Assembly (NCBI GenBank): GCA_044892505.1
Contig: CM097882.1
Span: 280,674,001-280,738,000 of the forward strand
Direction: 5' to 3'
Length of the DNA stretch: 64,000 nucleotides
Source: Schmidtea nova
Taxonomy: Eukaryota
Of this stretch, positions 13,571 through 25,712 are shown piece after piece. The position numbers and the translations under genes were made by a program. The notes below the pieces were generated by a model. It was not told the origin of the DNA. It did no database searches and worked only from the letters and a program-made list of their open reading frames with translations. Within the stretch, counting starts at the first letter, position 1. Every line of letters begins with the position of its first letter.

Positions 13571-14590
13571 ATGACAGTTCAAATGTGTAAATTAGTAAAT
13601 GATAGAAAACAAAACGCACGAAAACGCAAAGTAAGATATAATGTAGTGTCCGTTGACATCAAATACAGCCAAAAGGCATATGAAAATGTTTATAACCCAG
13701 ATAAAAAGAAACCCGTTTCTTTAATAAATCATGGGGTCAACTGTTACATGAATGCTGCTATCCAAAGCATTTTCTCTCCCCTACAAATAATTTACGAAAG
13801 AGAGAATAATATGACTATTCCCACTGACTGTGGAGCTTTGACTTTACTAAAGAATATAATGAACTCATATGAAAATGAAGAAAGATTTTCTATTCGAGAA
13901 TGCATTTCTAAATTTTCAAAGCTCGAGTATTTCGGTAGTCAATTGTCCTGGAATCAACAGGAAGATGCTCATGAGTTTCTGAATAGTTTTCTTGACAAGT
14001 TGTCTAAAGAATTAGGGCGGGTGTCGAAATCGTTCAAAATGCCTTTTGAGAGTGCACATGATTCTCGTTTCTATTGCGACAATTGTGGAAAGTCCAATAC
14101 TTCAGAAGGTTCGAGTCTGGTAAAAGAGAAAGTTCTATTTGTGGATGTTGGAAAGAACATGAATGAAATGGTTGAGAAATCAACAAGTAACAAGGTCAAT
14201 GGATTTAGTTGTGAAAATTGTGGAACAAAAGGTACAGCCAGTAACAAAACGGTCTTTTCAGAACTACCAGAATTTTTAATTATTTGCATCAAAAGATTTA
14301 CCTATGCTTCGTATTATCAAAATGCAAAGAATTCAGAAAAAATTGAAATTGAAGAATATATTTCTGTTCCACTTCAACAAAACGACACAGTCAAACAAAC
14401 ACAGTATGAATTAATTTCAATAGTAAATCATCACGGAGGGCTTTTTGGGGGGCATTATAATAGTTTTTTAAAACATCAGAACGTTTGGTACTCGGCAGAC
14501 GATGAATCTGTAACTGAGGTTAGCTTAGATAAGGCCGTGAGCAGTTCTGAATGTTCATGTTATATACAAGTTTATGCAAGGAGAAACTAG
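13571..14590 (+). CDS. USP deubiquitinase, array copy 6 (N298S variant)
   Basis: As copy 1 except AAT>AGT at 14463 (GHYNSF). Confidence 0.95.
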   Translation: MTVQMCKLVNDRKQNARKRKVRYNVVSVDIKYSQKAYENVYNPDKKKPVSLINHGVNCYMNAAIQSIFSPLQIIYERENNMTIPTDCGALTLLKNIMNSYENEERFSIRECISKFSKLEYFGSQLSWNQQEDAHEFLNSFLDKLSKELGRVSKSFKMPFESAHDSRFYCDNCGKSNTSEGSSLVKEKVLFVDVGKNMNEMVEKSTSNKVNGFSCENCGTKGTASNKTVFSELPEFLIICIKRFTYASYYQNAKNSEKIEIEEYISVPLQQNDTVKQTQYELISIVNHHGGLFGGHYNSFLKHQNVWYSADDESVTEVSLDKAVSSSECSCYIQVYARRN

Positions 14591-16210
14591 TGTAATTTAT
14601 TTTATAATAATTATTAAAATCATGGGGTTTGTTTATATTTCAATTTATAATATCGATTTTATTATTGCAATTAATTTGTATGTATTTATCTATAATTTAC
14701 AAATAATAAATTATAAAAATATAATCTTTTCAAATTTATTTAAAGTAAATAATAAAATTAGTAATATTAACGCTGTTTGTATATTAATTATTAAATAAAT
14801 GCTATTAATTGTATTTGTGTAAATTGGTTTCAATCTTTGCTTTTTTAACTTTTATTAGTATTTGAGAAATAGTAAATCTTTTCTGCAATTTTTTTATAAT
14901 TGTTTCTTATTTAAATTGTACACTTTATTCTCTTAAAAATTATATTCACATTTCTAAAGTGCAATAATATTTTTAATCTATTAACAAACGATGAATATTT
15001 TAGGCAATGCATTTTATTTGCTTAAAATATCTGATTTCAACAAATCAAATCATTCGATGAAAAACTATAAATACTGAATACTAACTTCAATTTGTCTTTA
15101 TTAGTAAACTGAATTTGATTAAGACGAATAAACTGAAAACTTTGACTAGTGAAATTATATATTATTAATATATAATTTCTATAATTATTATTATAATTAT
15201 TATTATTATTATTATATTATTTAAAAAGAATAATATTTTACTATTATTAATATATAATTATATTTTAACATTTGATTTGTTTAATGGACTTTTTAACTAA
15301 ATGTTAATATTTTGATTGAATTATTATACGCATTGCACTAATTATAAATATCAATGAACTCAAAGTGCTTCAAAAGTAAGTAAACTTGGTTAATAGTGAC
15401 TAGTAATATAATTACTGATAGATTCTTGTAGAGGATTTTATGCCGCGTCTGATGATGTGAAAATGAATTCGATAGGCCGTTTCAATTGGTGGAAAAAGTG
15501 AAAATTTTGAAAAACAATAATTTCGTAATTATTTGCATGTTTTCTTGTAAAGTAGAATATTTCAAGTCAAACAAACTAGGTTTGGGTGAAATCTGTTGAG
15601 TAGATTGATGAGAAAATTAAAAAGAGTTAAAAGTGGTAATAGTCACAAATTTCATAATTCAATTTTCAGGCTTTATGATTTTCATCACAAAACTCGAAAT
15701 TTGATGAAAAATGATAAAATTTAGGAAACAATTTCATTTTATGTTTTTGCACCTTTGTGTGCACCTTAAATTAAATAATATTTAAGAGACTAAATATTTA
15801 CCCTGAAAATAGTGTGCTGATAATTTATCATCAAAATACCTAAAATTACTACTAGTAAAACATAGATTTCACCCTTTCTTCACTTTTGAAATAAAATATC
15901 GATTTTGCACTGACAAATCAATATTATCCATAACTTGCATTTAAATTGCCACAAGTTCCATTTGAAAAAACGTTTAATAGCACAAATTCGGCACTTTGTA
16001 TGCGGTTCAGAAATCAGACCAAATTATATGGAAATAGATGTATGAAACGTTTAACTGCCTCTTTTCGTTTAATTATATTTTGATATAATAATTATATTAT
16101 TATTCCGTTAATAAACTAGTAATATTTCAAATAAATAAAAAGAATATTTTCACCAGTATTATTTGTATTGGTAATTATATATTAAACATCTTTAAAAAAG
16201 TTGTATAACA

Positions 16211-17230
16211 ATGACAGTTCAAATGTGTAAATTAGTAAATGATAGAAAACAAAACGCACGAAAACGCAAAGTAAGATATAATGTAGTGTCCGTTGACATC
16301 AAATACAGCCAAAAGGCATATGAAAATGTTTATAACCCAGATAAAAAGAAACCCGTTTCTTTAATAAATCATGGGGTCAACTGTTACATGAATGCTGCTA
16401 TCCAAAGCATTTTCTCTCCCCTACAAATAATTTACGAAAGAGAGAATAATATGACTATTCCCACTGACTGTGGAGCTTTGACTTTACTAAAGAATATAAT
16501 GAACTCATATGAAAATGAAGAAAGATTTTCTATTCGAGAATGCATTTCTAAATTTTCAAAGCTCGAGTATTTCGGTAGTCAATTGTCCTGGAATCAACAG
16601 GAAGATGCTCATGAGTTTCTGAATAGTTTTCTTGACAAGTTGTCTAAAGAATTAGGGCGGGTGTCGAAATCGTTCAAAATGCCTTTTGAGAGTGCACATG
16701 ATTCTCGTTTCTATTGCGACAATTGTGGAAAGTCCAATACTTCAGAAGGTTCGAGTCTGGTAAAAGAGAAAGTTCTATTTGTGGATGTTGGAAAGAACAT
16801 GAATGAAATGGTTGAGAAATCAACAAGTAACAAGGTCAATGGATTTAGTTGTGAAAATTGTGGAACAAAAGGTACAGCCAGTAACAAAACGGTCTTTTCA
16901 GAACTACCAGAATTTTTAATTATTTGCATCAAAAGATTTACCTATGCTTCGTATTATCAAAATGCAAAGAATTCAGAAAAAATTGAAATTGAAGAATATA
17001 TTTCTGTTCCACTTCAACAAAACGACACAGTCAAACAAACACAGTATGAATTAATTTCAATAGTAAATCATCACGGAGGGCTTTTTGGGGGGCATTATAA
17101 TAGTTTTTTAAAACATCAGAACGTTTGGTACTCGGCAGACGATGAATCTGTAACTGAGGTTAGCTTAGATAAGGCCGTGAGCAGTTCTGAATGTTCATGT
17201 TATATACAAGTTTATGCAAGGAGAAACTAG
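16211..17230 (+). CDS. USP deubiquitinase, array copy 7 (N298S variant)
   Basis: Protein identical to copy 6. Confidence 0.95.
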   Translation: MTVQMCKLVNDRKQNARKRKVRYNVVSVDIKYSQKAYENVYNPDKKKPVSLINHGVNCYMNAAIQSIFSPLQIIYERENNMTIPTDCGALTLLKNIMNSYENEERFSIRECISKFSKLEYFGSQLSWNQQEDAHEFLNSFLDKLSKELGRVSKSFKMPFESAHDSRFYCDNCGKSNTSEGSSLVKEKVLFVDVGKNMNEMVEKSTSNKVNGFSCENCGTKGTASNKTVFSELPEFLIICIKRFTYASYYQNAKNSEKIEIEEYISVPLQQNDTVKQTQYELISIVNHHGGLFGGHYNSFLKHQNVWYSADDESVTEVSLDKAVSSSECSCYIQVYARRN

Positions 17231-18850
17231 TGTAATTTATTTTATAATAATTATTAAAATCATGGGGTTTGTTTATATTTCAATTTATAATATCGATTTT
17301 ATTATTGCAATTAATTTGTATGTATTTATCTATAATTTACAAATAATAAATTATAAAAATATAATCTTTTCAAATTTATTTAAAGTAAATAATAAAATTA
17401 GTAATATTAACGCTGTTTGTATATTAATTATTAAATAAATGCTATTAATTGTATTTGTGTAAATTGGTTTCAATCTTTGCTTTTTTAACTTTTATTAGTA
17501 TTTGAGAAATAGTAAATCTTTTCTGCAATTTTTTTATAATTGTTTCTTATTTAAATTGTACACTTTATTCTCTTAAAAATTATATTCACATTTCTAAAGT
17601 GCAATAATATTTTTAATCTATTAACAAACGATGAATATTTTAGGCAATGCATTTTATTTGCTTAAAATATCTGATTTCAACAAATCAAATCATTCGATGA
17701 AAAACTATAAATACTGAATACTAACTTCAATTTGTCTTTATTAGTAAACTGAATTTGATTAAGACGAATAAACTGAAAACTTTGACTAGTGAAATTATAT
17801 ATTATTAATATATAATTTCTATAATTATTATTATAATTATTATTATTATTATTATATTATTTAAAAAGAATAATATTTTACTATTATTAATATATAATTA
17901 TATTTTAACATTTGATTTGTTTAATGGACTTTTTAACTAAATGTTAATATTTTGATTGAATTATTATACGCATTGCACTAATTATAAATATCAATGAACT
18001 CAAAGTGCTTCAAAAGTAAGTAAACTTGGTTAATAGTGACTAGTAATATAATTACTGATAGATTCTTGTAGAGGATTTTATGCCGCGTCTGATGATGTGA
18101 AAATGAATTCGATAGGCCGTTTCAATTGGTGGAAAAAGTGAAAATTTTGAAAAACAATAATTTCGTAATTATTTGCATGTTTTCTTGTAAAGTAGAATAT
18201 TTCAAGTCAAACAAACTAGGTTTGGGTGAAATCTGTTGAGTAGATTGATGAGAAAATTAAAAAGAGTTAAAAGTGGTAATAGTCACAAATTTCATAATTC
18301 AATTTTCAGGCTTTATGATTTTCATCACAAAACTCGAAATTTGATGAAAAATGATAAAATTTAGGAAACAATTTCATTTTATGTTTTTGCACCTTTGTGT
18401 GCACCTTAAATTAAATAATATTTAAGAGACTAAATATTTACCCTGAAAATAGTGTGCTGATAATTTATCATCAAAATACCTAAAATTACTACTAGTAAAA
18501 CATAGATTTCACCCTTTCTTCACTTTTGAAATAAAATATCGATTTTGCACTGACAAATCAATATTATCCATAACTTGCATTTAAATTGCCACAAGTTCCA
18601 TTTGAAAAAACGTTTAATAGCACAAATTCGGCACTTTGTATGCGGTTCAGAAATCAGACCAAATTATATGGAAATAGATGTATGAAACGTTTAACTGCCT
18701 CTTTTCGTTTAATTATATTTTGATATAATAATTATATTATTATTCCGTTAATAAACTAGTAATATTTCAAATAAATAAAAAGAATATTTTCACCAGTATT
18801 ATTTGTATTGGTAATTATATATTAAACATCTTTAAAAAAGTTGTATAACA

Positions 18851-19870
18851 ATGACAGTTCAAATGTGTAAATTAGTAAATGATAGAAAACAAAACGCACG
18901 AAAACGCAAAGTAAGATATAATGTAGTGTCCGTTGACATCAAATACAGCCAAAAGGCATATGAAAATGTTTATAACCCAGATAAAAAGAAACCCGTTTCT
19001 TTAATAAATCATGGGGTCAACTGTTACATGAATGCTGCTATCCAAAGCATTTTCTCTCCCCTACAAATAATTTACGAAAGAGAGAATAATATGACTATTC
19101 CCACTGACTGTGGAGCTTTGACTTTACTAAAGAATATAATGAACTCATATGAAAATGAAGAAAGATTTTCTATTCGAGAATGCATTTCTAAATTTTCAAA
19201 GCTCGAGTATTTCGGTAGTCAATTGTCCTGGAATCAACAGGAAGATGCTCATGAGTTTCTGAATAGTTTTCTTGACAAGTTGTCTAAAGAATTAGGGCGG
19301 GTGTCGAAATCGTTCAAAATGCCTTTTGAGAGTGCACATGATTCTCGTTTCTATTGCGACAATTGTGGAAAGTCCAATACTTCAGAAGGTTCGAGTCTGG
19401 TAAAAGAGAAAGTTCTATTTGTGGATGTTGGAAAGAACATGAATGAAATGGTTGAGAAATCAACAAGTAACAAGGTCAATGGATTTAGTTGTGAAAATTG
19501 TGGAACAAAAGGTACAGCCAGTAACAAAACGGTCTTTTCAGAACTACCAGAATTTTTAATTATTTGCATCAAAAGATTTACCTATGCTTCGTATTATCAA
19601 AATGCAAAGAATTCAGAAAAAATTGAAATTGAAGAATATATTTCTGTTCCACTTCAACAAAACGACACAGTCAAACAAACACAGTATGAATTAATTTCAA
19701 TAGTAAATCATCACGGAGGGCTTTTTGGGGGGCATTATAATAGTTTTTTAAAACATCAGAACGTTTGGTACTCGGCAGACGATGAATCTGTAACTGAGGT
19801 TAGCTTAGATAAGGCCGTGAGCAGTTCTGAATGTTCATGTTATATACAAGTTTATGCAAGGAGAAACTAG
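18851..19870 (+). CDS. USP deubiquitinase, array copy 8 (N298S variant)
   Basis: Protein identical to copy 6. Confidence 0.95.
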   Translation: MTVQMCKLVNDRKQNARKRKVRYNVVSVDIKYSQKAYENVYNPDKKKPVSLINHGVNCYMNAAIQSIFSPLQIIYERENNMTIPTDCGALTLLKNIMNSYENEERFSIRECISKFSKLEYFGSQLSWNQQEDAHEFLNSFLDKLSKELGRVSKSFKMPFESAHDSRFYCDNCGKSNTSEGSSLVKEKVLFVDVGKNMNEMVEKSTSNKVNGFSCENCGTKGTASNKTVFSELPEFLIICIKRFTYASYYQNAKNSEKIEIEEYISVPLQQNDTVKQTQYELISIVNHHGGLFGGHYNSFLKHQNVWYSADDESVTEVSLDKAVSSSECSCYIQVYARRN

Positions 19871-21490
19871 TGTAATTTATTTTATAATAATTATTAAAAT
19901 CATGGGGTTTGTTTATATTTCAATTTATAATATCGATTTTATTATTGCAATTAATTTGTATGTATTTATCTATAATTTACAAATAATAAATTATAAAAAT
20001 ATAATCTTTTCAAATTTATTTAAAGTAAATAATAAAATTAGTAATATTAACGCTGTTTGTATATTAATTATTAAATAAATGCTATTAATTGTATTTGTGT
20101 AAATTGGTTTCAATCTTTGCTTTTTTAACTTTTATTAGTATTTGAGAAATAGTAAATCTTTTCTGCAATTTTTTTATAATTGTTTCTTATTTAAATTGTA
20201 CACTTTATTCTCTTAAAAATTATATTCACATTTCTAAAGTGCAATAATATTTTTAATCTATTAACAAACGATGAATATTTTAGGCAATGCATTTTATTTG
20301 CTTAAAATATCTGATTTCAACAAATCAAATCATTCGATGAAAAACTATAAATACTGAATACTAACTTCAATTTGTCTTTATTAGTAAACTGAATTTGATT
20401 AAGACGAATAAACTGAAAACTTTGACTAGTGAAATTATATATTATTAATATATAATTTCTATAATTATTATTATAATTATTATTATTATTATTATATTAT
20501 TTAAAAAGAATAATATTTTACTATTATTAATATATAATTATATTTTAACATTTGATTTGTTTAATGGACTTTTTAACTAAATGTTAATATTTTGATTGAA
20601 TTATTATACGCATTGCACTAATTATAAATATCAATGAACTCAAAGTGCTTCAAAAGTAAGTAAACTTGGTTAATAGTGACTAGTAATATAATTACTGATA
20701 GATTCTTGTAGAGGATTTTATGCCGCGTCTGATGATGTGAAAATGAATTCGATAGGCCGTTTCAATTGGTGGAAAAAGTGAAAATTTTGAAAAACAATAA
20801 TTTCGTAATTATTTGCATGTTTTCTTGTAAAGTAGAATATTTCAAGTCAAACAAACTAGGTTTGGGTGAAATCTGTTGAGTAGATTGATGAGAAAATTAA
20901 AAAGAGTTAAAAGTGGTAATAGTCACAAATTTCATAATTCAATTTTCAGGCTTTATGATTTTCATCACAAAACTCGAAATTTGATGAAAAATGATAAAAT
21001 TTAGGAAACAATTTCATTTTATGTTTTTGCACCTTTGTGTGCACCTTAAATTAAATAATATTTAAGAGACTAAATATTTACCCTGAAAATAGTGTGCTGA
21101 TAATTTATCATCAAAATACCTAAAATTACTACTAGTAAAACATAGATTTCACCCTTTCTTCACTTTTGAAATAAAATATCGATTTTGCACTGACAAATCA
21201 ATATTATCCATAACTTGCATTTAAATTGCCACAAGTTCCATTTGAAAAAACGTTTAATAGCACAAATTCGGCACTTTGTATGCGGTTCAGAAATCAGACC
21301 AAATTATATGGAAATAGATGTATGAAACGTTTAACTGCCTCTTTTCGTTTAATTATATTTTGATATAATAATTATATTATTATTCCGTTAATAAACTAGT
21401 AATATTTCAAATAAATAAAAAGAATATTTTCACCAGTATTATTTGTATTGGTAATTATATATTAAACATCTTTAAAAAAGTTGTATAACA

Positions 21491-22510
21491 ATGACAGTTC
21501 AAATGTGTAAATTAGTAAATGATAGAAAACAAAACGCACGAAAACGCAAAGTAAGATATAATGTAGTGTCCGTTGACATCAAATACAGCCAAAAGGCATA
21601 TGAAAATGTTTATAACCCAGATAAAAAGAAACCCGTTTCTTTAATAAATCATGGGGTCAACTGTTACATGAATGCTGCTATCCAAAGCATTTTCTCTCCC
21701 CTACAAATAATTTACGAAAGAGAGAATAATATGACTATTCCCACTGACTGTGGAGCTTTGACTTTACTAAAGAATATAATGAACTCATATGAAAATGAAG
21801 AAAGATTTTCTATTCGAGAATGCATTTCTAAATTTTCAAAGCTCGAGTATTTCGGTAGTCAATTGTCCTGGAATCAACAGGAAGATGCTCATGAGTTTCT
21901 GAATAGTTTTCTTGACAAGTTGTCTAAAGAATTAGGGCGGGTGTCGAAATCGTTCAAAATGCCTTTTGAGAGTGCACATGATTCTCGTTTCTATTGCGAC
22001 AATTGTGGAAAGTCCAATACTTCAGAAGGTTCGAGTCTGGTAAAAGAGAAAGTTCTATTTGTGGATGTTGGAAAGAACATGAATGAAATGGTTGAGAAAT
22101 CAACAAGTAACAAGGTCAATGGATTTAGTTGTGAAAATTGTGGAACAAAAGGTACAGCCAGTAACAAAACGGTCTTTTCAGAACTACCAGAATTTTTAAT
22201 TATTTGCATCAAAAGATTTACCTATGCTTCGTATTATCAAAATGCAAAGAATTCAGAAAAAATTGAAATTGAAGAATATATTTCTGTTCCACTTCAACAA
22301 AACGACACAGTCAAACAAACACAGTATGAATTAATTTCAATAGTAAATCATCACGGAGGGCTTTTTGGGGGGCATTATAATAGTTTTTTAAAACATCAGA
22401 ACGTTTGGTACTCGGCAGACGATGAATCTGTAACTGAGGTTAGCTTAGATAAGGCCGTGAGCAGTTCTGAATGTTCATGTTATATACAAGTTTATGCAAG
22501 GAGAAACTAG
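21491..22510 (+). CDS. USP deubiquitinase, array copy 9 (N298S variant)
   Basis: Protein identical to copy 6. Confidence 0.95.
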   Translation: MTVQMCKLVNDRKQNARKRKVRYNVVSVDIKYSQKAYENVYNPDKKKPVSLINHGVNCYMNAAIQSIFSPLQIIYERENNMTIPTDCGALTLLKNIMNSYENEERFSIRECISKFSKLEYFGSQLSWNQQEDAHEFLNSFLDKLSKELGRVSKSFKMPFESAHDSRFYCDNCGKSNTSEGSSLVKEKVLFVDVGKNMNEMVEKSTSNKVNGFSCENCGTKGTASNKTVFSELPEFLIICIKRFTYASYYQNAKNSEKIEIEEYISVPLQQNDTVKQTQYELISIVNHHGGLFGGHYNSFLKHQNVWYSADDESVTEVSLDKAVSSSECSCYIQVYARRN

Positions 22511-24062
22511 TGTAATTTATTTTATAATAATTATTAAAATCATGGGGTTTGTTTATATTTCAATTTATAATATCGATTTTATTATTGCAATTAATTTGTA
22601 TGTATTTATCTATAATTTACAAATAATAAATTATAAAAATATAATCTTTTCAAATTTATTTAAAGTAAATAATAAAATTAGTAATATTAACGCTGTTTGT
22701 ATATTAATTATTAAATAAATGCTATTAATTGTATTTGTGTAAATTGGTTTCAATCTTTGCTTTTTTAACTTTTATTAGTATTTGAGAAATAGTAAATCTT
22801 TTCTGCAATTTTTTTATAATTGTTTCTTATTTAAATTGTACACTTTATTCTCTTAAAAATTATATTCACATTTCTAAAGTGCAATAATATTTTTAATCTA
22901 TTAACAAACGATGAATATTTTAGGCAATGCATTTTATTTGCTTAAAATATCTGATTTCAACAAATCAAATCATTCGATGAAAAACTATAAATACTGAATA
23001 CTAACTTCAATTTGTCTTTATTAGTAAACTGAATTTGATTAAGACGAATAAACTGAAAACTTTGACTAGTGAAATTATATATTATTAATATATAATTTCT
23101 ATAATTATTATTATAATTATTATTATTATTATTATATTATTTAAAAAGAATAATATTTTACTATTATTAATATATAATTATATTTTAACATTTGATTTGT
23201 TTAATGGACTTTTTAACTAAATGTTAATATTTTGATTGAATTATTATACGCATTGCACTAATTATAAATATCAATGAACTCAAAGTGCTTCAAAAGTAAG
23301 TAAACTTGGTTAATAGTGACTAGTAATATAATTACTGATAGATTCTTGTAGAGGATTTTATGCCGCGTCTGATGATGTGAAAATGAATTCGATAGGCCGT
23401 TTCAATTGGTGGAAAAAGTGAAAATTTTGAAAAACAATAATTTCGTAATTATTTGCATGTTTTCTTGTAAAGTAGAATATTTCAAGTCAAACAAACTAGG
23501 TTTGGGTGAAATCTGTTGAGTAGATTGATGAGAAAATTAAAAAGAGTTAAAAGTGGTAATAGTCACAAATTTCATAATTCAATTTTCAGGCTTTATGATT
23601 TTCATCACAAAACTCGAAATTTGATGAAAAATGATAAAATTTAGGAAACAATTTCATTTTATGTTTTTGCACCTTTGTGTGCACCTTAAATTAAATAATA
23701 TTTAAGAGACTAAATATTTACCCTGAAAATAGTGTGCTGATAATTTATCATCAAAATACCTAAAATTACTACTAGTAAAACATAGATTTCACCCTTTCTT
23801 CACTTTTGAAATAAAATATCGATTTTGCACTGACAAATCAATATTATCCATAACTTGCATTTAAATTGCCACAAGTTCCATTTGAAAAAACGTTTAATAG
23901 CACAAATTCGGCACTTTGTATGCGGTTCAGAAATCAGACCAAATTATATGGAAATAGATGTATGAAACGTTTAACTGCCTCTTTTCGTTTAATTATATTT
24001 TGATATAATAATTATATTATTATTCCGTTAATAAACTAGTAATATTTCAAATAAATAAAAAG

Positions 24063-24068
24063 AATATT
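24063..24068. repeat. Target-site duplication, left copy (AATATT)
   Basis: Empty units read AAAAG-AATATT-TTCACCAG. Here AATATT occurs on both sides of the insert. 21491+2640+16242+6 = 40379, the exact position of the next USP ATG. Confidence 0.97.
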
Positions 24069-24260
24069 AGTAGGCAGACATGAGGAGCCGGGAACAAAGA
24101 ACTATTACGTAATCGATGACGTAACAAAGAACATACCCCCCCTCCCCTTTTTTTTTTTTGCAACCCCCCCCCCTAATTTTTTTTTTTTTTTTTTTTTTAA
24201 TTTACACACACACAGACGATGAGTCATAAAAAAATTTTTTACACACACACACACCATCGA

Positions 24261-24388
24261 TGACTCATTTCAAATTTGAATTTTATGACGTCATCGATGA
24301 CTCATTTCAAATTTGAATTTTATGACGTCATCGCTGACTCATTTCAAATTTGAATTTTATGACGTCATCGATGACTCATTTCAAATTT
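24261..24388 (+). promoter_or_regulatory. 37-bp tandem repeat (3 copies + partial), each with an AP-1 site (TGACTCA) and a CRE site (TGACGTCA)
   Basis: Unit TGACTCATTTCAAATTTGAATTTTATGACGTCATCGA. The repeat is seen directly; the regulatory role is inferred from bZIP consensus motifs. Confidence 0.8.
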
Positions 24389-24707
24389 AAATTTTAAATT
24401 TAAATTCCCAAGGGTCAAATAAGGTCAAACTTTCAAACAAGGGTATCATTCGAAAGGTCTTGGAGAGGTCTATACAATGGTCATACCCTCGAAGGTGTAT
24501 GGAGGGTCCTTAACCTTCAAGGGTCAAAAACCTTCAACCATTTTCAAACCTTATAATATACATATCAAACAAAAGGTAATTGAAGGGTGCACACAATGGT
24601 CATACCTTCCAAGGTCTATGGTGGGTGCTCAACCTTCAAAGGGTACAAAACAAGGATATGAATGTAAGTACGGTTTTCTTAATGACTCATAGGTAAGATT
24701 TATTTGG

Positions 24708-24976
24708 ATGACTCATTGGGATGACTCATCTACATGACTCATTTACATGACTCATCAGTATGACATATCAATATGACGCATCAGTATGACTCATCAATAT
24801 GACGCATCAGTATGACTCATCAGTATGACTCATCAATATGACTCATTAGTATGACTCATTAGTATGACTCATCAGTATGACTCATCGGTATGACTCATTG
24901 GTATGACTCATTAGTATGACTCATCAGTATGACTCATCGGTATGACTCATTGGTATGACTCATCAGTATGACTCAT
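24708..24976 (+). promoter_or_regulatory. 13-bp tandem array of AP-1 sites (21 units, 18 perfect ATGACTCAT)
   Basis: ATGACTCAT(cagt) at a strict 13-bp period from 24708 to 24968. Variants at 24760, 24773 and 24799. One extra site at 24682. Confidence 0.85.
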
Positions 24977-25240
24977 CAACAAAAACAAATATTAACAAAG
25001 ATATAGCAATGCACGTGCAAATTAACAAAGACTTTGCAAAGTGAATGCAAAGAAACAAAGACTAATTTTTAGGGAATTTTAACATTTTTAAGGTCAAAAA
25101 TTCAAAAACATAAAAAACTTAAAATTTTTTAAAAAACATAAAATTTTACAAAACATTTTTTCAAAAACACAAAGTGAGAATTAATCAACATTTATTAATA
25201 AATACACATATATATATATATGACAACAATGTTATTCCAA

Positions 25241-25684
25241 CTATGCAATTCTTGCGCTTTTTATCTTCCAAATTGGAGACATTGATTCTTTTGGATCGAT
25301 TTTATATCCTTGGATGGATATATCAATAAACCAATTTTCATTATCCGTATATTCAACTGATTGAAATGCATCATGAAATTCAGTGTTCCTGTTGTTGATG
25401 AATATAGTTTCATTGCAAGATAATTTCTTGTTGATTTTCGTCAACACTTTATTGATTGCAACAACATCTTCTTTATAAATCTGACCAATCAAGTTGGAAT
25501 ATTGCGAAGTCGAAAGCTTTACCGGATTTGGGACCTTGAAAGAGATTTCGTTTACCAAGAAAAACATTTGGTAATCGTGAAACATCTGAACCGGTCGTAA
25601 ATCAAATTTGTTTTGAGTTGATTTGTTATCGTTCCTAACTGGTTTCATTTTAATTGGACTCAATTTACTGAAAAGATTTTGCAT
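25241..25684 (-). CDS. 147-aa protein encoded within the left TIR (possible OB-fold ssDNA-binding protein)
   Basis: ATG-initiated ORF identical to 38755-39198, with TATA and CCAAT upstream. C-terminal IDISIQGY...SPIWKIKSARI resembles T7 gp2.5-like/NCLDV SSBs (low-confidence inference). Confidence 0.75.
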   Translation of the reverse strand: MQNLFSKLSPIKMKPVRNDNKSTQNKFDLRPVQMFHDYQMFFLVNEISFKVPNPVKLSTSQYSNLIGQIYKEDVVAINKVLTKINKKLSCNETIFINNRNTEFHDAFQSVEYTDNENWFIDISIQGYKIDPKESMSPIWKIKSARIA

Positions 25685-25712
25685 TTTATGAACAATTCTA
25701 TTTTTGTTTTCT

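Larger units (their letters stand above)
1..24068 (+). repeat. Tandem gene array (megasatellite), left arm: ~9 head-to-tail copies of a 2640-2646 bp unit, one USP gene per unit
   Basis: USP ATGs at 350, 2993, 5639, 8282, 10925, 13571, 16211, 18851, 21491 (spacings 2640, 2643 or 2646). Spacer sequence is also near-identical. Length differences come from an (ATT)n tract. Confidence 0.99.

Noticed and set aside
24261-24371. 37-bp repeats resembling CRISPR repeats in length
   Set aside because: Units are contiguous with no unique spacers, there are no cas genes and the context is eukaryotic.
24477-24692. 71-aa ORF mirrored at 39676-39891
   Set aside because: Mirroring is explained by the TIR; it spans degenerate repeats and has no motif or promoter support.
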